Origin: Armatimonadota bacterium
Lineage (GTDB): Bacteria > Armatimonadota > SYMT01
Reading direction: 5' to 3'
Assembly: GCA_046292385.1 (NCBI GenBank)
Contig: JBKBRF010000011.1
Location: 1 to 64,000 of the forward strand
Length of the DNA stretch: 64,000 nucleotides
How positions within the stretch are numbered: the stretch's first letter is position 1; each line of letters begins with the position of its first letter. The notes beneath the pieces are model-generated. The model saw only the letters and a program-made list of their open reading frames with translations. It ran no database searches and was not told the DNA's origin. Made by a program: the position numbers and the translations under genes. Shown piece after piece: positions 19,990 to 30,280 of this stretch.

Positions 19990-19996
19990 ACGCACT

Positions 19997-20118
19997 GTTG
20001 CAGGTTGGGAAGTTGGCAGGTTGCGGGTTGCGGGTGAGCTCCTCGCGGGGCGAGTTCGGGAACCCTGCAACCTGAAACCGGAGCCCCGGAACCTGCCAAC
20101 CTGCAACCTGATAACCTG
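19997..20118. repeat. Short-tandem-repeat hairpin (CAGGTTG)n / (CAACCTG)n
   Basis: Facing arrays directly after the oxidoreductase stop. Confidence 0.7.
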
Positions 20119-20248
20119 TTCCCCGACGGATCACCCGAAAGCAGTGGTCTGTTTCACATCAAGTTGCGTCCGGTAAGGATAGGTACAGCGTGTCGCTAGC
20201 GGGCTGGCCCTGCGGCGACGCACTCGCTATCATAGCCCCGGACGCACG

Positions 20249-21529
20249 ATGTTTACCTACCGCTCAATCAGCGCTCGATCATACGCACGCCTGCTTGGCC
20301 TGCTGGGGCTCCTGCTCGCGGCACCCTCGCACGCCGGGCAGCCGGGGGAGAAGCCGGCGGAGAAGCCGGGGGAGGCGCCGCGCGCCTACCACCCGGTGGT
20401 GCTGGCGGACGACGGGACGGCGCCGGACGACGCGCTCGCCGCGGCTTCCAAGCGGGTCCGCCGCGACCTGCGCGCCGGGCGGCAGGGGATCGTGGTGCTG
20501 CTCCACGGGTTCGATCAGACCGAGAAGAAGGCCGGCGAGGAGTACCAGGACATCTCGAAGCGGCTGCTGAGGGCGACGGAGGAGCTGGAGAGCACTCCGA
20601 GCATTCTGGGGCTGCACTGGAGCTCCGATGCGGGCGCCCAGCGGGAATGGCTGGCAAAGGCGGCGGGGTCACGCCTGCTCTCGCTGCTCGGCTTCAAGAA
20701 GGCGATCCCGAACCCGTACCTGGAGAAGACGGAGCTGGCGCACCGGGTGGGGGCTACCGGCTTCCGCGCGCTCGCCTTCCGGCTGCAGAACGACTTTCCC
20801 GGCGTGCCGATCCACGTCTTCGCCCACAGCATGGGGGCGCAGGTGGTGGTGAGCGCGCTCGCACCCGCCTCGAGCGGCAACCGCAATCGCGGAGCGCAGC
20901 TCGCCGTCGAACAGCCCGAGCGGCGGCTGGAGCTGGGCCTGGTGGCCCTGGCCGGCGCCGACCTGGACCACGACATCTTCTGCCGCCCGGGCAACACGAT
21001 GCTGGCGCGGGCCCTCCGGCACGCGCAGGTCTGGTGGGTCACCGTTCCGGAGAAGAACCAGGCGGACGGCGTGCTGGAGCTGCGGCGCGGGGTCGGAAAG
21101 GGAGACGCGCTCGGCAACCGCGGCTTCAAGCTGCGCCGGGCCGACCTGGACCGTCTCCTCTCCCGGCGAGGCCTGGTGCTCGATGAAGGAAACATCCCGA
21201 TCGGGCATATCTTCCGGGAGTACTACAACGACCTCCGCCTGGGGGAGCTCGCTCGCGCGCTGCTCTACCTTCGCGAGCCGACCCAGGATGGAGCGGCGCG
21301 GAGCGTGCTGGCGCGACTGGACGGCGTGCTGCTCGGCAGCCCCGCCGGTGACCTGCCGCTGGAGGCGAAGCCCGCCCCCGCCGAACAGGACCGCTGCGTG
21401 CAGATGTACGAGCGCTGGATGGTGGAGCCCCGCGCGCCGGAATACGGCCTGCTGAGTGTCGCCGGCTACCGCGAGGACGAGGACGGACGCACCGGCCGCC
21501 GCCGTCGCCAGGACCGCGGAGACCGGTAG
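20249..21529 (+). CDS. Secreted alpha/beta hydrolase (DUF900-like)
   Basis: Signal peptide; VLLHGF, LHWSS, IHVFAHSMGAQ nucleophile elbow, LAGADLD. Confidence 0.8.
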   Translation: MFTYRSISARSYARLLGLLGLLLAAPSHAGQPGEKPAEKPGEAPRAYHPVVLADDGTAPDDALAAASKRVRRDLRAGRQGIVVLLHGFDQTEKKAGEEYQDISKRLLRATEELESTPSILGLHWSSDAGAQREWLAKAAGSRLLSLLGFKKAIPNPYLEKTELAHRVGATGFRALAFRLQNDFPGVPIHVFAHSMGAQVVVSALAPASSGNRNRGAQLAVEQPERRLELGLVALAGADLDHDIFCRPGNTMLARALRHAQVWWVTVPEKNQADGVLELRRGVGKGDALGNRGFKLRRADLDRLLSRRGLVLDEGNIPIGHIFREYYNDLRLGELARALLYLREPTQDGAARSVLARLDGVLLGSPAGDLPLEAKPAPAEQDRCVQMYERWMVEPRAPEYGLLSVAGYREDEDGRTGRRRRQDRGDR

Positions 21530-21563
21530 AGGCGCCGGACGAAATCGATCCAGAAACCGATGA

Positions 21564-21790
21564 TGGCGGGAGGGAAATCTCCCGCCATCTCTGCGTCAGA
21601 CGACCGTCCCGCGAGCGCCCTGGACGGGCGGGGCGGCAGAGCATCCGTGGGGCCGCGAGGCATTGAAATACCTCGCTGGACGGCCTGCGGCCACGCGTCC
21701 TCCGGACGCCCATTCCAGGCTCTTCTCAGTCCGCGAAGGCGGACTTCGTGCCGTGGTTGCCGCGGTTTCAACCGCCCGGTGGCTAATGCC
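21564..21790. repeat. Cluster of REP-like palindromes (BIME-like) between convergent genes
   Basis: ggcgggagggaaatctcccgcc and gcgaggcattgaaatacctcgc hairpins; 30 bp at 21682-21711 are identical to 50973-51002. Confidence 0.65.
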
Positions 21791-21951
21791 GAAGCGCCCG
21801 GTACTCACGAGAAACTCGCGAAAGTACCGGGCGCTTCGGCGTCCTTCCAGGAGAGACAGGGTGCTCCTTCAGGGGCAGCCGTCCGCCAGGCGCTCTCGAG
21901 CCTGACGACCACCTCTCCTCTCTTCCCTCTTGGGGCGAAGCCGGTCTCGCC

Positions 21952-23046
21952 CTACGGCTTGTCGGTGACGACGATCTCGCCCTTGAAGAGCTCTCCCTCC
22001 CGCTCCACGACGATCGAGAGCTTGTCGCCGATGCGGGCGGCGCTCGTGATCGCCTCGGCCTCGGCGCGGCTGCGGATCTTCTTTCCCTCCAGCTCCCGGA
22101 TGATGTCCCCAGGGCGGACGCCGGCCTGCCACGCCGGGCCGCGGCGGTCGATCCGGTCGACCAGCGCGCCTTCCGGGCGCTCCAGGCCGATCCAGGAGGC
22201 GATCTCGGGCGTCACGTCGATCGTGTTCAGCCCGGTCCAGGGGCGCTTCACCTTACCGTGGGCGATCAGCTCGTCCGCGATCCCCTTGGCGAGGTCGATC
22301 GGGATGGCGAAGCCGATGCCCTGCGCGTCCGACCGCACCACCGTGTTGATGCCGATCACGCGGCCCTGGATATCGACCAGCGGACCGCCGGAGTTGCCGG
22401 GGTTGATGGCGGCGTCGGTCTGGATCAGGCGCTTGTAGACCCGCTCCCCGATCTGCATCGCGCGTCCGGTGTGACCGACCACCCCCACGGTCACCGTCTG
22501 CTCGTAGCCGTACGGGTTGCCGATGGCGATCGCCCACTGGCCGGCCACCAGGTTGCGTGAGTCGCCGAGGCGGGCCACGGGCACGTTCTTGGCGTCCAGG
22601 ATCTGCACCAGCGCCACGTCGGTCTCACGGTCGATCCCGAGCACGCGGCCCCGGTGCGACTTCCCGTTCCCGAAGGTGACGTTGATCTCGGAGGCGCCCG
22701 CCACCACGTGCTCGTTCGTCAGCACGTAGCCGCGGGGATCGATCACCACGCCGGAGCCCTTGCCGGACGATTCGAAGGTGCGCTCGCCCAGGAACCAGTC
22801 ATCCCGCACCACGCGCCGCACGGTGTCGATATTCACGACGCTGGGGCCGGCGAGGTCGACCGCCCGGGCCACCGGCTCGTCGGCCGTCACCGCCGCCCGC
22901 GGCGCGGGGGTCTGCGCCAGCGCCTGGTGCGGCAGCGGCCCCGGCTCCCACTCGACGCGCACGCGGGGAGCGAGCCAGCTGCCGAGGAGGAAGCCGCCGG
23001 CCATCAGGACCGTGCTCCACCAGAAGCGTCCGGAACGGTTCGACAT
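21952..23046 (-). CDS. HtrA/DegP family serine protease with one PDZ domain
   Basis: GSGVVI, LTNEHVV, DVALV, IQTDAAINPGNSGGPL; PDZ domain; N-terminal TM. Confidence 0.95.
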   Translation of the reverse strand: MSNRSGRFWWSTVLMAGGFLLGSWLAPRVRVEWEPGPLPHQALAQTPAPRAAVTADEPVARAVDLAGPSVVNIDTVRRVVRDDWFLGERTFESSGKGSGVVIDPRGYVLTNEHVVAGASEINVTFGNGKSHRGRVLGIDRETDVALVQILDAKNVPVARLGDSRNLVAGQWAIAIGNPYGYEQTVTVGVVGHTGRAMQIGERVYKRLIQTDAAINPGNSGGPLVDIQGRVIGINTVVRSDAQGIGFAIPIDLAKGIADELIAHGKVKRPWTGLNTIDVTPEIASWIGLERPEGALVDRIDRRGPAWQAGVRPGDIIRELEGKKIRSRAEAEAITSAARIGDKLSIVVEREGELFKGEIVVTDKP

Positions 23047-23321
23047 GTGGATACCTCCTGCGATCTCTTCGGGAGCGCACGCCGCACCGGCGCTGGCCCC
23101 CTAACCGACATGACGCGGAAGCGCCGCCGTTTGATACTGCGATTTCCAGGCAACCGGCGCAGAACGCCTGCAAAGCCGCCGGGATCGGCGCGGACGGATG
23201 AAGGGCGCTGCAGGTTGCCAGGTTGCAAGTCAACTCCCCCGAAGGAGGAGCTCCGAACAACCTAGACCCTAGACCTTAGAGAGTCCCTGCAACCTGAGAG
23301 AGACAGCCGGCGTGCTTCCGG

Positions 23322-24761
23322 TTAGCCGAAATACTTGCCGATGTCTTTGAAGGTGATCACCAGGAACAGCACGCCGATGATGGCGAGCCCGACCAGGGCG
23401 ACCGCCTTGTGCGTCTCCGGCTCCAGCCGTCGCCCGCGGATCACTTCCCAGGTGAGCACCAGCATGTGCCCGCCGTCCAGCACGGGAATCGGCAGCAGGT
23501 TGAACACCGCCAGGGAGAGGCTGAGTGACGCGAGCATCCCGAAGTAGTACATGATCGGGAGCTGGTCGATGCCGCGCAGCACGTCGAAGATCGCGATCGG
23601 GCCGCCCACGCTCTCCCCCAGCTTGCCGATGTGCCGCGGGGTAAAGAGGCTCGCCAGCCCGACGAAGAAGTTGCTGATCCGCACCAACCCCGACTGGACC
23701 GACTCGACGAAGCCGATGCGCGGACCCTCTCCCGGCAGCAGCTCGAAGCCGAGCTGGCCGACCGTCCGCTCACCCGGCCGCACTTCGATCTCCAGCGGAG
23801 CGGCAGGGCCTTCCACCACGAGCGGGGTCTTGCCGTCTCGCCAGACCAGCAGCGTCACCGGCTGTCCCGCCTTCTCGCGGAGCAGCCGCTCGGCCGTCTG
23901 CTGGGGCATCTCGTCGCCCTCTTCCACCACCGGGAAGCTGCCGTCGATCAGCTCGAGCTGGTCGCCCGGCTTCACGTCGAGCTTCGTGCCGGCGGGGACG
24001 CTCGCGATCACGAGGAAGTCCTTCTGGACCTTCACCTCGGGCGGCACTCCTTGCAGCGTGAGACGGCGTCCCTTCCGCTCCACTTCCAGCTCCAGCTGCT
24101 TGCCCGCGCTCCGCTGGATCGTTCCGGTCACGGTCTCGCTTTTCGAGACCGGCTCGCCCTGGACGGCGACGATCCGGTCTCCCACGCGCAGCCCCTGGGG
24201 ATGGTTGGGCACTGGCTGGCCGTCGACCGAGACGACCCGCAAGCGAGTCGCTTCGGATTTCGGCTTGACCTGTCCTACCAGCACGGTGGTGCGGTCGTAC
24301 GTGCCGAAAAGCCAGCCGCTCGCGCAGAGCACCGTCACCGCCAGGATCATGTTCATCAGCGGACCGGCGAGGTAGACCAGGGCGCGCTCCGCCGGGCGCC
24401 GGCCGTTCAGGCCGTCCGGAGTGATCGGATCGTCCGGCTGCATCCCCTTGGGGTTCACGAAGCCGCCCAGGGGGAAGGCGCGGATGGTGTACTCGGTCCC
24501 CCCGCGCCGCATGTAGGTGAGGAGCTTGGGACCGAACCCCAGCGCGAACTCGTAGACGTGCACCCCGGAGGCCTTGGAGGCGATGAAGTGCCCCCACTCG
24601 TGGATCGCGACCAGAATCCCGAGCGTGATGACGAAGATCACCACGCTCTTGAGGCTCTCCCACCAGATGATGCTCGCGGCGAGCACGCCGGCCAACACCA
24701 GGAGGTTGACCAGCAGCTCGGATCGTCGCGGGGCTCCGGGTGCGTCGTTCTCGAATTCCAT
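23322..24761 (-). CDS. rseP: RIP metalloprotease RseP (M50, PDZ)
   Basis: HEWGH, FPLGGFV, AGPLMN, FNLLPIPVLDGGH; directly downstream of dxr. Confidence 0.95.
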   Translation of the reverse strand: MEFENDAPGAPRRSELLVNLLVLAGVLAASIIWWESLKSVVIFVITLGILVAIHEWGHFIASKASGVHVYEFALGFGPKLLTYMRRGGTEYTIRAFPLGGFVNPKGMQPDDPITPDGLNGRRPAERALVYLAGPLMNMILAVTVLCASGWLFGTYDRTTVLVGQVKPKSEATRLRVVSVDGQPVPNHPQGLRVGDRIVAVQGEPVSKSETVTGTIQRSAGKQLELEVERKGRRLTLQGVPPEVKVQKDFLVIASVPAGTKLDVKPGDQLELIDGSFPVVEEGDEMPQQTAERLLREKAGQPVTLLVWRDGKTPLVVEGPAAPLEIEVRPGERTVGQLGFELLPGEGPRIGFVESVQSGLVRISNFFVGLASLFTPRHIGKLGESVGGPIAIFDVLRGIDQLPIMYYFGMLASLSLSLAVFNLLPIPVLDGGHMLVLTWEVIRGRRLEPETHKAVALVGLAIIGVLFLVITFKDIGKYFG

Positions 24762-24769
24762 GCTCTTCG

Positions 24770-25900
24770 CTATTCCATCGTGCGCCGCCGGGCCCACGCG
24801 TCGAGCTCCAGCAGCGTATTCAGATCCGGATCCGCGACCACCTGGTGCTGGTTCATTACCCGCTCCACCCGCTCCGCAATCTCGGGGAACGGGATGCGGC
24901 CCTGCAGGAACAGGTCGACCGCCACCTCGTTCGCGGCACTCATCACGCCCGGCAGCGAGCCGCCCTCCGCCGCGGCGCGGAAAGCGAGCCCCAGCGCCGG
25001 AAAGCGCTCCAGGTCCGGCGGCTCGAACGTCAGCGTGCCGCAGCGGGCGAGGTCGAGCCGCTCCAGCCGGTTCGGCAGCCGCTCCGGATAGAAGACGGCG
25101 TACTGGATCGGCAGGCGCATGTCGGGCAGTCCCAGCTGCGCTACCACCGAGCTGTCCCGGAAGTAGACGAGCGAGTGGACGATGCTCTGCCGGTGCACCA
25201 CCACCTCGATCTGCGAGGCGGGCACGCCGAACAACCACCGCGCTTCGATCACTTCCAGACCCTTGTTCATCAGGGTCGCGGAATCGATCGTTATCTTACC
25301 ACCCATGTTCCAGGTCGGATGGTCGAGCGCGTTCTCCACGGTCGCCGCGCGCATCTGCTCCCGCGACTTATCGACGAACGGTCCCCCGGAGGCGGTGAGG
25401 ACCAGCTTCTCCACCTCCCGGTCCTCGCTGCCGCGCAGGCACTGCCAGATCGCGGAGTGCTCGCTGTCGATCGGCAGAATGCGCGCGCCCGACTCCCGGG
25501 CGGCGGCGGTCATCAGGTGTCCGCCCACCACCAGCGCCTCTTTGGTGGCCAGCGCCACGTCCTTTCCGGCCCGCAGCGCGGCCAGGGCGGGGGCGAGGCC
25601 GGCGGTGCCGACCACGGAGACGATGACCAGGTCGGCTTCCGGGAGGGTGGCGGCGCGGAGCAGCGCTTCCTCACCGGTCTGGATCGGGCCGGCGCTCGTC
25701 TGCAGCGCGGCGCCGGGGCGGGGATCACTCAGGGCGGCAAGGCGGGGACGGTAGCGCTCCACCTGCCCCCGCAGCGTGTCGGCATCGCTGCGGGCGGTGA
25801 GCGCCACCACTTCCAGGCGCTCTGGAAACCAGTCGACCACGTCGAGGGTCTGGCGACCGATCGAGCCGGTGGAGCCGAGAATCGCGATGCGCTTCTTCAT
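24770..25900 (-). CDS. dxr: 1-deoxy-D-xylulose 5-phosphate reductoisomerase
   Basis: ILGSTGSIG, LPIDSEHSAI, HPTWNMGGKITIDSATLMNKGLE, AANEVAV. Confidence 0.98.
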   Translation of the reverse strand: MKKRIAILGSTGSIGRQTLDVVDWFPERLEVVALTARSDADTLRGQVERYRPRLAALSDPRPGAALQTSAGPIQTGEEALLRAATLPEADLVIVSVVGTAGLAPALAALRAGKDVALATKEALVVGGHLMTAAARESGARILPIDSEHSAIWQCLRGSEDREVEKLVLTASGGPFVDKSREQMRAATVENALDHPTWNMGGKITIDSATLMNKGLEVIEARWLFGVPASQIEVVVHRQSIVHSLVYFRDSSVVAQLGLPDMRLPIQYAVFYPERLPNRLERLDLARCGTLTFEPPDLERFPALGLAFRAAAEGGSLPGVMSAANEVAVDLFLQGRIPFPEIAERVERVMNQHQVVADPDLNTLLELDAWARRRTME

Positions 25901-25983
25901 GGGGTGAGAACGTCGGGAGGGCCGTCCCCGGGCGCGGCACTGGCGCCGCCGACCAATCTCGGGGACGGTGCATTATACCGACG

Positions 25984-26763
25984 TTACGCCGCGGCGGGCC
26001 GCAGCACGCCGCCGAACCGGCGCTCCCGCGCCTGGTAGGAGCGGATTCCCTGCTTGAGCGTCTCGGCGCCGAAGTCCGGCCAGAGGGTGTCGGTCACCCA
26101 CAGCTCGCTGTAGGCGCTCTGCCAGAGCAGGAAGTTGCTGAGCCGCATCTCGTCCCCGGTGCGGATCAGGAGGTCCGGGTCCGGCAGCTCCGGGTCGTAC
26201 ATCTCCCGCGCCAGCGACTCCTCCGTAATCTCCTCCGGCTGCACCAGCCCCATCCGCGCCCGCTCCACCAGGCGCCGCGCCGCGTCGACGATCTCCGCGC
26301 GGCCGCCGTAGTTGATCGCCAGGTTCAGGTTCAGCCCGGTGTTCTCCCGCGTGAGCGCGATCCCCCGCCGGAGCTCCGCCTCCAGCGACCCGGGCAGCTC
26401 GTGCAGCCGCCCCAACACCTGCACGCGCACGTTCTTGCGGTGCAGTTCCGCGATCTCCTTCCGCGCCACGGTCTCGATCAGGCGCATCAGGAAGCCGACT
26501 TCCTCCTGCGAGCGGCGCCAGTTCTCCGTGCTGAAGGTGTAGAGCGTCAGGTGCGCGATGCCGAGCCGTCCGCAGCACTCCACCACCTCGCGCACCGAAT
26601 TCTCCCCGCGCCGGTGCCCTTCGATCCGCGGCAGGCCCCGCTGCTGCGCCCAGCGCCCGTTCCCGTCCATGATGATCGCCACGTGGCGCGGCATCCGCGC
26701 CGGATCCAGCTCCGGCTCGGTCTGCTCGGGACTCTCCAGGCACGTCTCGGAATAGCTCAACAT
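25984..26763 (-). CDS. uppS: Undecaprenyl diphosphate synthase (cis-prenyltransferase)
   Basis: HVAIIMDGNGRWA, FSTENWRR, NYGGRAEI, RLSNFLLWQSAYSE, RRFGG. Confidence 0.97.
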   Translation of the reverse strand: MLSYSETCLESPEQTEPELDPARMPRHVAIIMDGNGRWAQQRGLPRIEGHRRGENSVREVVECCGRLGIAHLTLYTFSTENWRRSQEEVGFLMRLIETVARKEIAELHRKNVRVQVLGRLHELPGSLEAELRRGIALTRENTGLNLNLAINYGGRAEIVDAARRLVERARMGLVQPEEITEESLAREMYDPELPDPDLLIRTGDEMRLSNFLLWQSAYSELWVTDTLWPDFGAETLKQGIRSYQARERRFGGVLRPAAA

Positions 26764-27082
26764 GTCGGCTCCAGAAAGAGGCGGGCTCCCCGGCCCGGGA
26801 ACGTGATGACTACTTTGTCCCGCAAAGCGCCCGTCGAGTTCAATTATAGACAGCTACGCGGCGACCGACACCACTTTTTAAAGGCAAAAGGTAGAAGGCT
26901 AAAGGCTAAAGCCGAACCCTCCGTGGACGGTAACTCCTGCTCGCTGGCGACCCACGCCTCCCGGGCGCGAGCCGGTCCGGGTGATCCGCCCTCTGCTGCC
27001 GATCCGGCCGTCTCTGTTGAGTGAACCCGACTCTCCGATCGGGCAGAAGGCATCCACAGACCTACACGCTATCCCCTACCCG

Positions 27083-27952
27083 CTACACCCTGAATTCCCG
27101 CTCGATCAGCCGGCGGAGCTTTTCGTGCAGCCTCCGGGTGATTGGGCCGGGGCGACCGCCGCCGATGCTGGTGTCGCCGACGCAGCGGACCGGCAGGATC
27201 TCGATGGAGCTGTTGGTCAGGAAGACCTCCTCCGCGCTTTCCAGCTCCGCCGTGGTCAGCACCCCCTCCTCCACCGGGATCCGCGCCGCCTTCGCGACTT
27301 CCAGCACCGCCCTGCGAGTAATGCCCGGGAGGCAGCCGCTGTGCAGGTCCGGGGTGCGCAAAGCCCCGTCGATCACCGCGAAGACGTTGCTGAGGCTCGC
27401 CTCGACCACCTGATCGCCGTCGACCAGCAGCGCGTCGTCGTAGCCGTCGCGGCGGGCGGCGGCGCGGGCGTGTTGGAATGGGAGGTAGCAAAGCGACTTC
27501 ACACCGGGGACGATCCACTTCGGGTGCCGCCCCGCCGCGCAGACGGAGGCGCCCCGCTCCCAGTCTTCGTCACCCAGCCGCGGTGCGATCCGCGTGGTCA
27601 CGAAGAAGGTCGGCCGGGGACAGGCCGCCGGATCGGGGACCGGCGCCCCCTCGCCGCGGGTCACGGTGAGCCGGACCGCTCCGTCGCGAATCTCGTTAGC
27701 CCGCACCGTATCGCGGATCGCCAGGGCCAGCTCTTCCGGGCTCCACGGGAGCGGCAGGTCGAGCCGGACGGCGCTCTCCGCCAGCCGGCGGAGGTGCGCT
27801 TCCAGGCGGAAGAAACGCCCGTCGTAGACCCGCAGCGTCTCGAACAGGCCGTCCCCGTAGAGCAGCCCGTGGTCTAGCACGCTCACGCGGGCGCGCGCGG
27901 CGGTAAGGAGACGCCCATTCAGGTTCACATAAGGGGGACTGGCCGGATTCAC
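27083..27952 (-). CDS. Class IV aminotransferase (PabC/IlvE/Dat-like)
   Basis: DHGLLYGDGLFETLR, HLRRL, KSLCY, EASLSNVF, LPGITR; GTG start overlaps the methyltransferase stop. Confidence 0.92.
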   Translation of the reverse strand: MNPASPPYVNLNGRLLTAARARVSVLDHGLLYGDGLFETLRVYDGRFFRLEAHLRRLAESAVRLDLPLPWSPEELALAIRDTVRANEIRDGAVRLTVTRGEGAPVPDPAACPRPTFFVTTRIAPRLGDEDWERGASVCAAGRHPKWIVPGVKSLCYLPFQHARAAARRDGYDDALLVDGDQVVEASLSNVFAVIDGALRTPDLHSGCLPGITRRAVLEVAKAARIPVEEGVLTTAELESAEEVFLTNSSIEILPVRCVGDTSIGGGRPGPITRRLHEKLRRLIEREFRV

Positions 27953-28785
27953 TCTGCGCTCACCTCCGCGCGCACGCTCGCCACCCGGCGCAGCGCCTCC
28001 GCGCGGTACTCCGGATCGATCTCGAAGCCGGCGCACGCCACTCCGAGCTGGGCGCAGGCGACCGCCGTGCTTCCCAGGCCCATAAAGGGATCGAGCGCCA
28101 GCTTCACTCTACCCGCCCCGTGGAGCCGCACGCATCGGTCCGGCAGGGCGGGCGGAAAGCTGGCCGGGTGCGGCCGGTCCCGCAGACGGCTGAGGATCGT
28201 CGGGTACGGCAGGTACCAGGTGTTCCCGCGGCACCGCACGTCGCGCGCCGCGCCCTTCCAGCGGGTCACGTTGCTCTTGTCCCGGTAGGGCACGCCGATC
28301 GCGAGCCGGTCGAGCGGTACGTCGCCCCGGTGCGTCAGGTGGAAGACGTACTCGTGACAGTCGTTCACGAAGCGGCCGCTGTTGATCGGCTTGTAGTGCC
28401 CCACCATCAGGTCCGTCTCCAGTCCGGGATAGCGGCCGACGTCGTCCTGCATGATCGCGATCGACTTGATCCAGTGGATCACGTTCTGGAGCTGGAAGTG
28501 CCGCCGCATCACCCCCAGCACGTCGAACGGCACGTAGGGATCGGTCGGCTTCCCGCCCACGTTCAGGAAGAACGAGCCGCCGGGCGAAAGGACGCGCTTC
28601 ACTTCCGCCGCCCAGGTGTCGCACCAGGCGAGATACTCCTCCCGCGGCGCAGTATCGTCGTGCGTGTTGTAAGCGATGCCCAGGTTGTAGGGCGGAGAGG
28701 TGACGACCACGTCGACGGAGCCCGGCTCCAGCAGCTCCCGCATTCCGGCGACACAGTCGCGCTCGTAGATCGTAATCTCCGCCAT
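27949..28785 (-). CDS. Site-specific DNA methyltransferase (N4/N6, beta class), orphan
   Basis: Catalytic TSPPY precedes SAM-binding LDPFMGLGST; HPASFP; GFEID. Confidence 0.92.
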   Translation of the reverse strand: MAEITIYERDCVAGMRELLEPGSVDVVVTSPPYNLGIAYNTHDDTAPREEYLAWCDTWAAEVKRVLSPGGSFFLNVGGKPTDPYVPFDVLGVMRRHFQLQNVIHWIKSIAIMQDDVGRYPGLETDLMVGHYKPINSGRFVNDCHEYVFHLTHRGDVPLDRLAIGVPYRDKSNVTRWKGAARDVRCRGNTWYLPYPTILSRLRDRPHPASFPPALPDRCVRLHGAGRVKLALDPFMGLGSTAVACAQLGVACAGFEIDPEYRAEALRRVASVRAEVSAE

Positions 28786-28890
28786 CTAACCCCCAGTTAA
28801 CTCAGTGGGAGCAAGGGAGTGTGGGAGAGCTTGAGACGCCTGTTCCGGTGGCGAGTCTTCCATCCCCTCAGTACGGCCGTCGTTTCCGCT

Positions 28891-28946
28891 CGGCACGTCT
28901 GAGCCCGCGCAGGCGGGCTTTGCTCTCTGTAGCCTCGACTTTAGTC
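28891..28946. repeat. REP-like dispersed element
   Basis: 56 bp with 4 mismatches to 56461-56516; core palindrome gcccgcgcaggcgggc; inverted partial copy at 6516-6540. Confidence 0.8.
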
Positions 28947-28975
28947 CGAGGCGCGAATCCGGCTGTACTTCCCGC

Positions 28976-30280
28976 CTACTCCCCGACCGATCTCCCACCT
29001 TGGGAATGGTTCATCCCCAATGCCCGCAGCATCCCCTGCGCTTTCGCGAGCGTCTCCGCGTACTCCGCAGCCGGATCGGAATCGGCGATGATGCCGCCGC
29101 CCGCGCTGAAGTAGGCGCGGCCGTCTTTCACCACCATCGTGCGGATGGCGATGCTCCACTCCGCGTTTCCCCAGCCGTCGACCCACCCGATGGCGCCGGT
29201 GTAGACGCCGCGGCGCACCGGCTCCAGCTCCTCGATGATCTCCATGGCGCGGATCTTCGGCGCACCGGTGATCGAGCCGCCGGGGAAGGCGGCGCGGAGG
29301 CAGTCGAGCGGCCCCAGCTCCGGCCGCAGCGTCCCGCGCACCGTGGCGACCAGGTGGTGGACGTTGCTGTAGCTCTCCAGCCGCCAGAGGTCCGGCACGT
29401 GCACGCTGCCGTACTCGCAGACGCGGCCGAGATCGTTGCGCTCCAGGTCCACGATCATCAGCAGCTCGGCGCGGTCCTTGACGCTCGAAAGGAGTTCGGC
29501 GGCGTTGGCGGCGTCTTCCTCCGGGGTGGCGCCGCGGGGCCGGGTCCCCTTGATCGGATGGGTCTCCACCTCCCGGCCGCGCACCCGCAGGAACAGCTCC
29601 GGCGAGGCGGAGAGCACCTGGTGATCGCCGCAGTTGAGGAAGGCGGAGAACGGCGCCGGGCTCGTCTCCCGCAGCCGCAGGTAGAGCTCCCACGGCGAGC
29701 CGGGGTAGGGCGCGGAGAACCGCTGGGAGAGATTCACCTGGTAGCAGTCGCCCGCCGCGATGTAGTCGAGGATCTTCCGGACCGCCGCCTCGTACTCCGT
29801 CCTGCTGAAGCTGCTCTCCACCTCCCCACCGGGAGAGACACCCGGGGGCGGCGGCACGGCGGGCGCGGTGCCGGGTGTCACCCGGTCGTACTCCGCCAGG
29901 CTCCACGGCACCTTGTAGATCGCGAGCCGGCAGTCGGGCAGCGACAGGTCGTCCACGGCCAGCCGCGGGAGGCGCTCCACCAGGTAGCGGAGATCGTAGC
30001 CCCAGTAGCCGACCGCCACCCGGTCCGGCCGCGCCCGCAGGTACTCCGCCAGCCACGCCAGGGGGTCCGGGCCCACCTCGTCCACCCGCCCCGTCCGGCG
30101 GCGGATCCAGGCGCGGCCGTCCTTCGCCTCCAGGATCAGCGCGGGAGAGTGGCCGCAGAACCACCAGGAGCCGCCCGGCGCCGCGGGCGGCATCCGGCTC
30201 AGCAGGCAGAACCCGGGATCCCGCCAGAACCGGTCACCCAGGCTCAGCATCTTCCGGTCCTTCGGCTCCATCTCCCCCAT
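28976..30280 (-). CDS. pabB: Aminodeoxychorismate synthase component I (chorismate-binding)
   Basis: GDCYQVNLSQ, SPELFL, PIKGTRPRG, KDRAELLMIVDLERNDLGRVC, FPGGSITGAPK; PIKGT favours PabB over TrpE. Start uncertain (30280 or 30250). Confidence 0.88.
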   Translation of the reverse strand: MGEMEPKDRKMLSLGDRFWRDPGFCLLSRMPPAAPGGSWWFCGHSPALILEAKDGRAWIRRRTGRVDEVGPDPLAWLAEYLRARPDRVAVGYWGYDLRYLVERLPRLAVDDLSLPDCRLAIYKVPWSLAEYDRVTPGTAPAVPPPPGVSPGGEVESSFSRTEYEAAVRKILDYIAAGDCYQVNLSQRFSAPYPGSPWELYLRLRETSPAPFSAFLNCGDHQVLSASPELFLRVRGREVETHPIKGTRPRGATPEEDAANAAELLSSVKDRAELLMIVDLERNDLGRVCEYGSVHVPDLWRLESYSNVHHLVATVRGTLRPELGPLDCLRAAFPGGSITGAPKIRAMEIIEELEPVRRGVYTGAIGWVDGWGNAEWSIAIRTMVVKDGRAYFSAGGGIIADSDPAAEYAETLAKAQGMLRALGMNHSQGGRSVGE

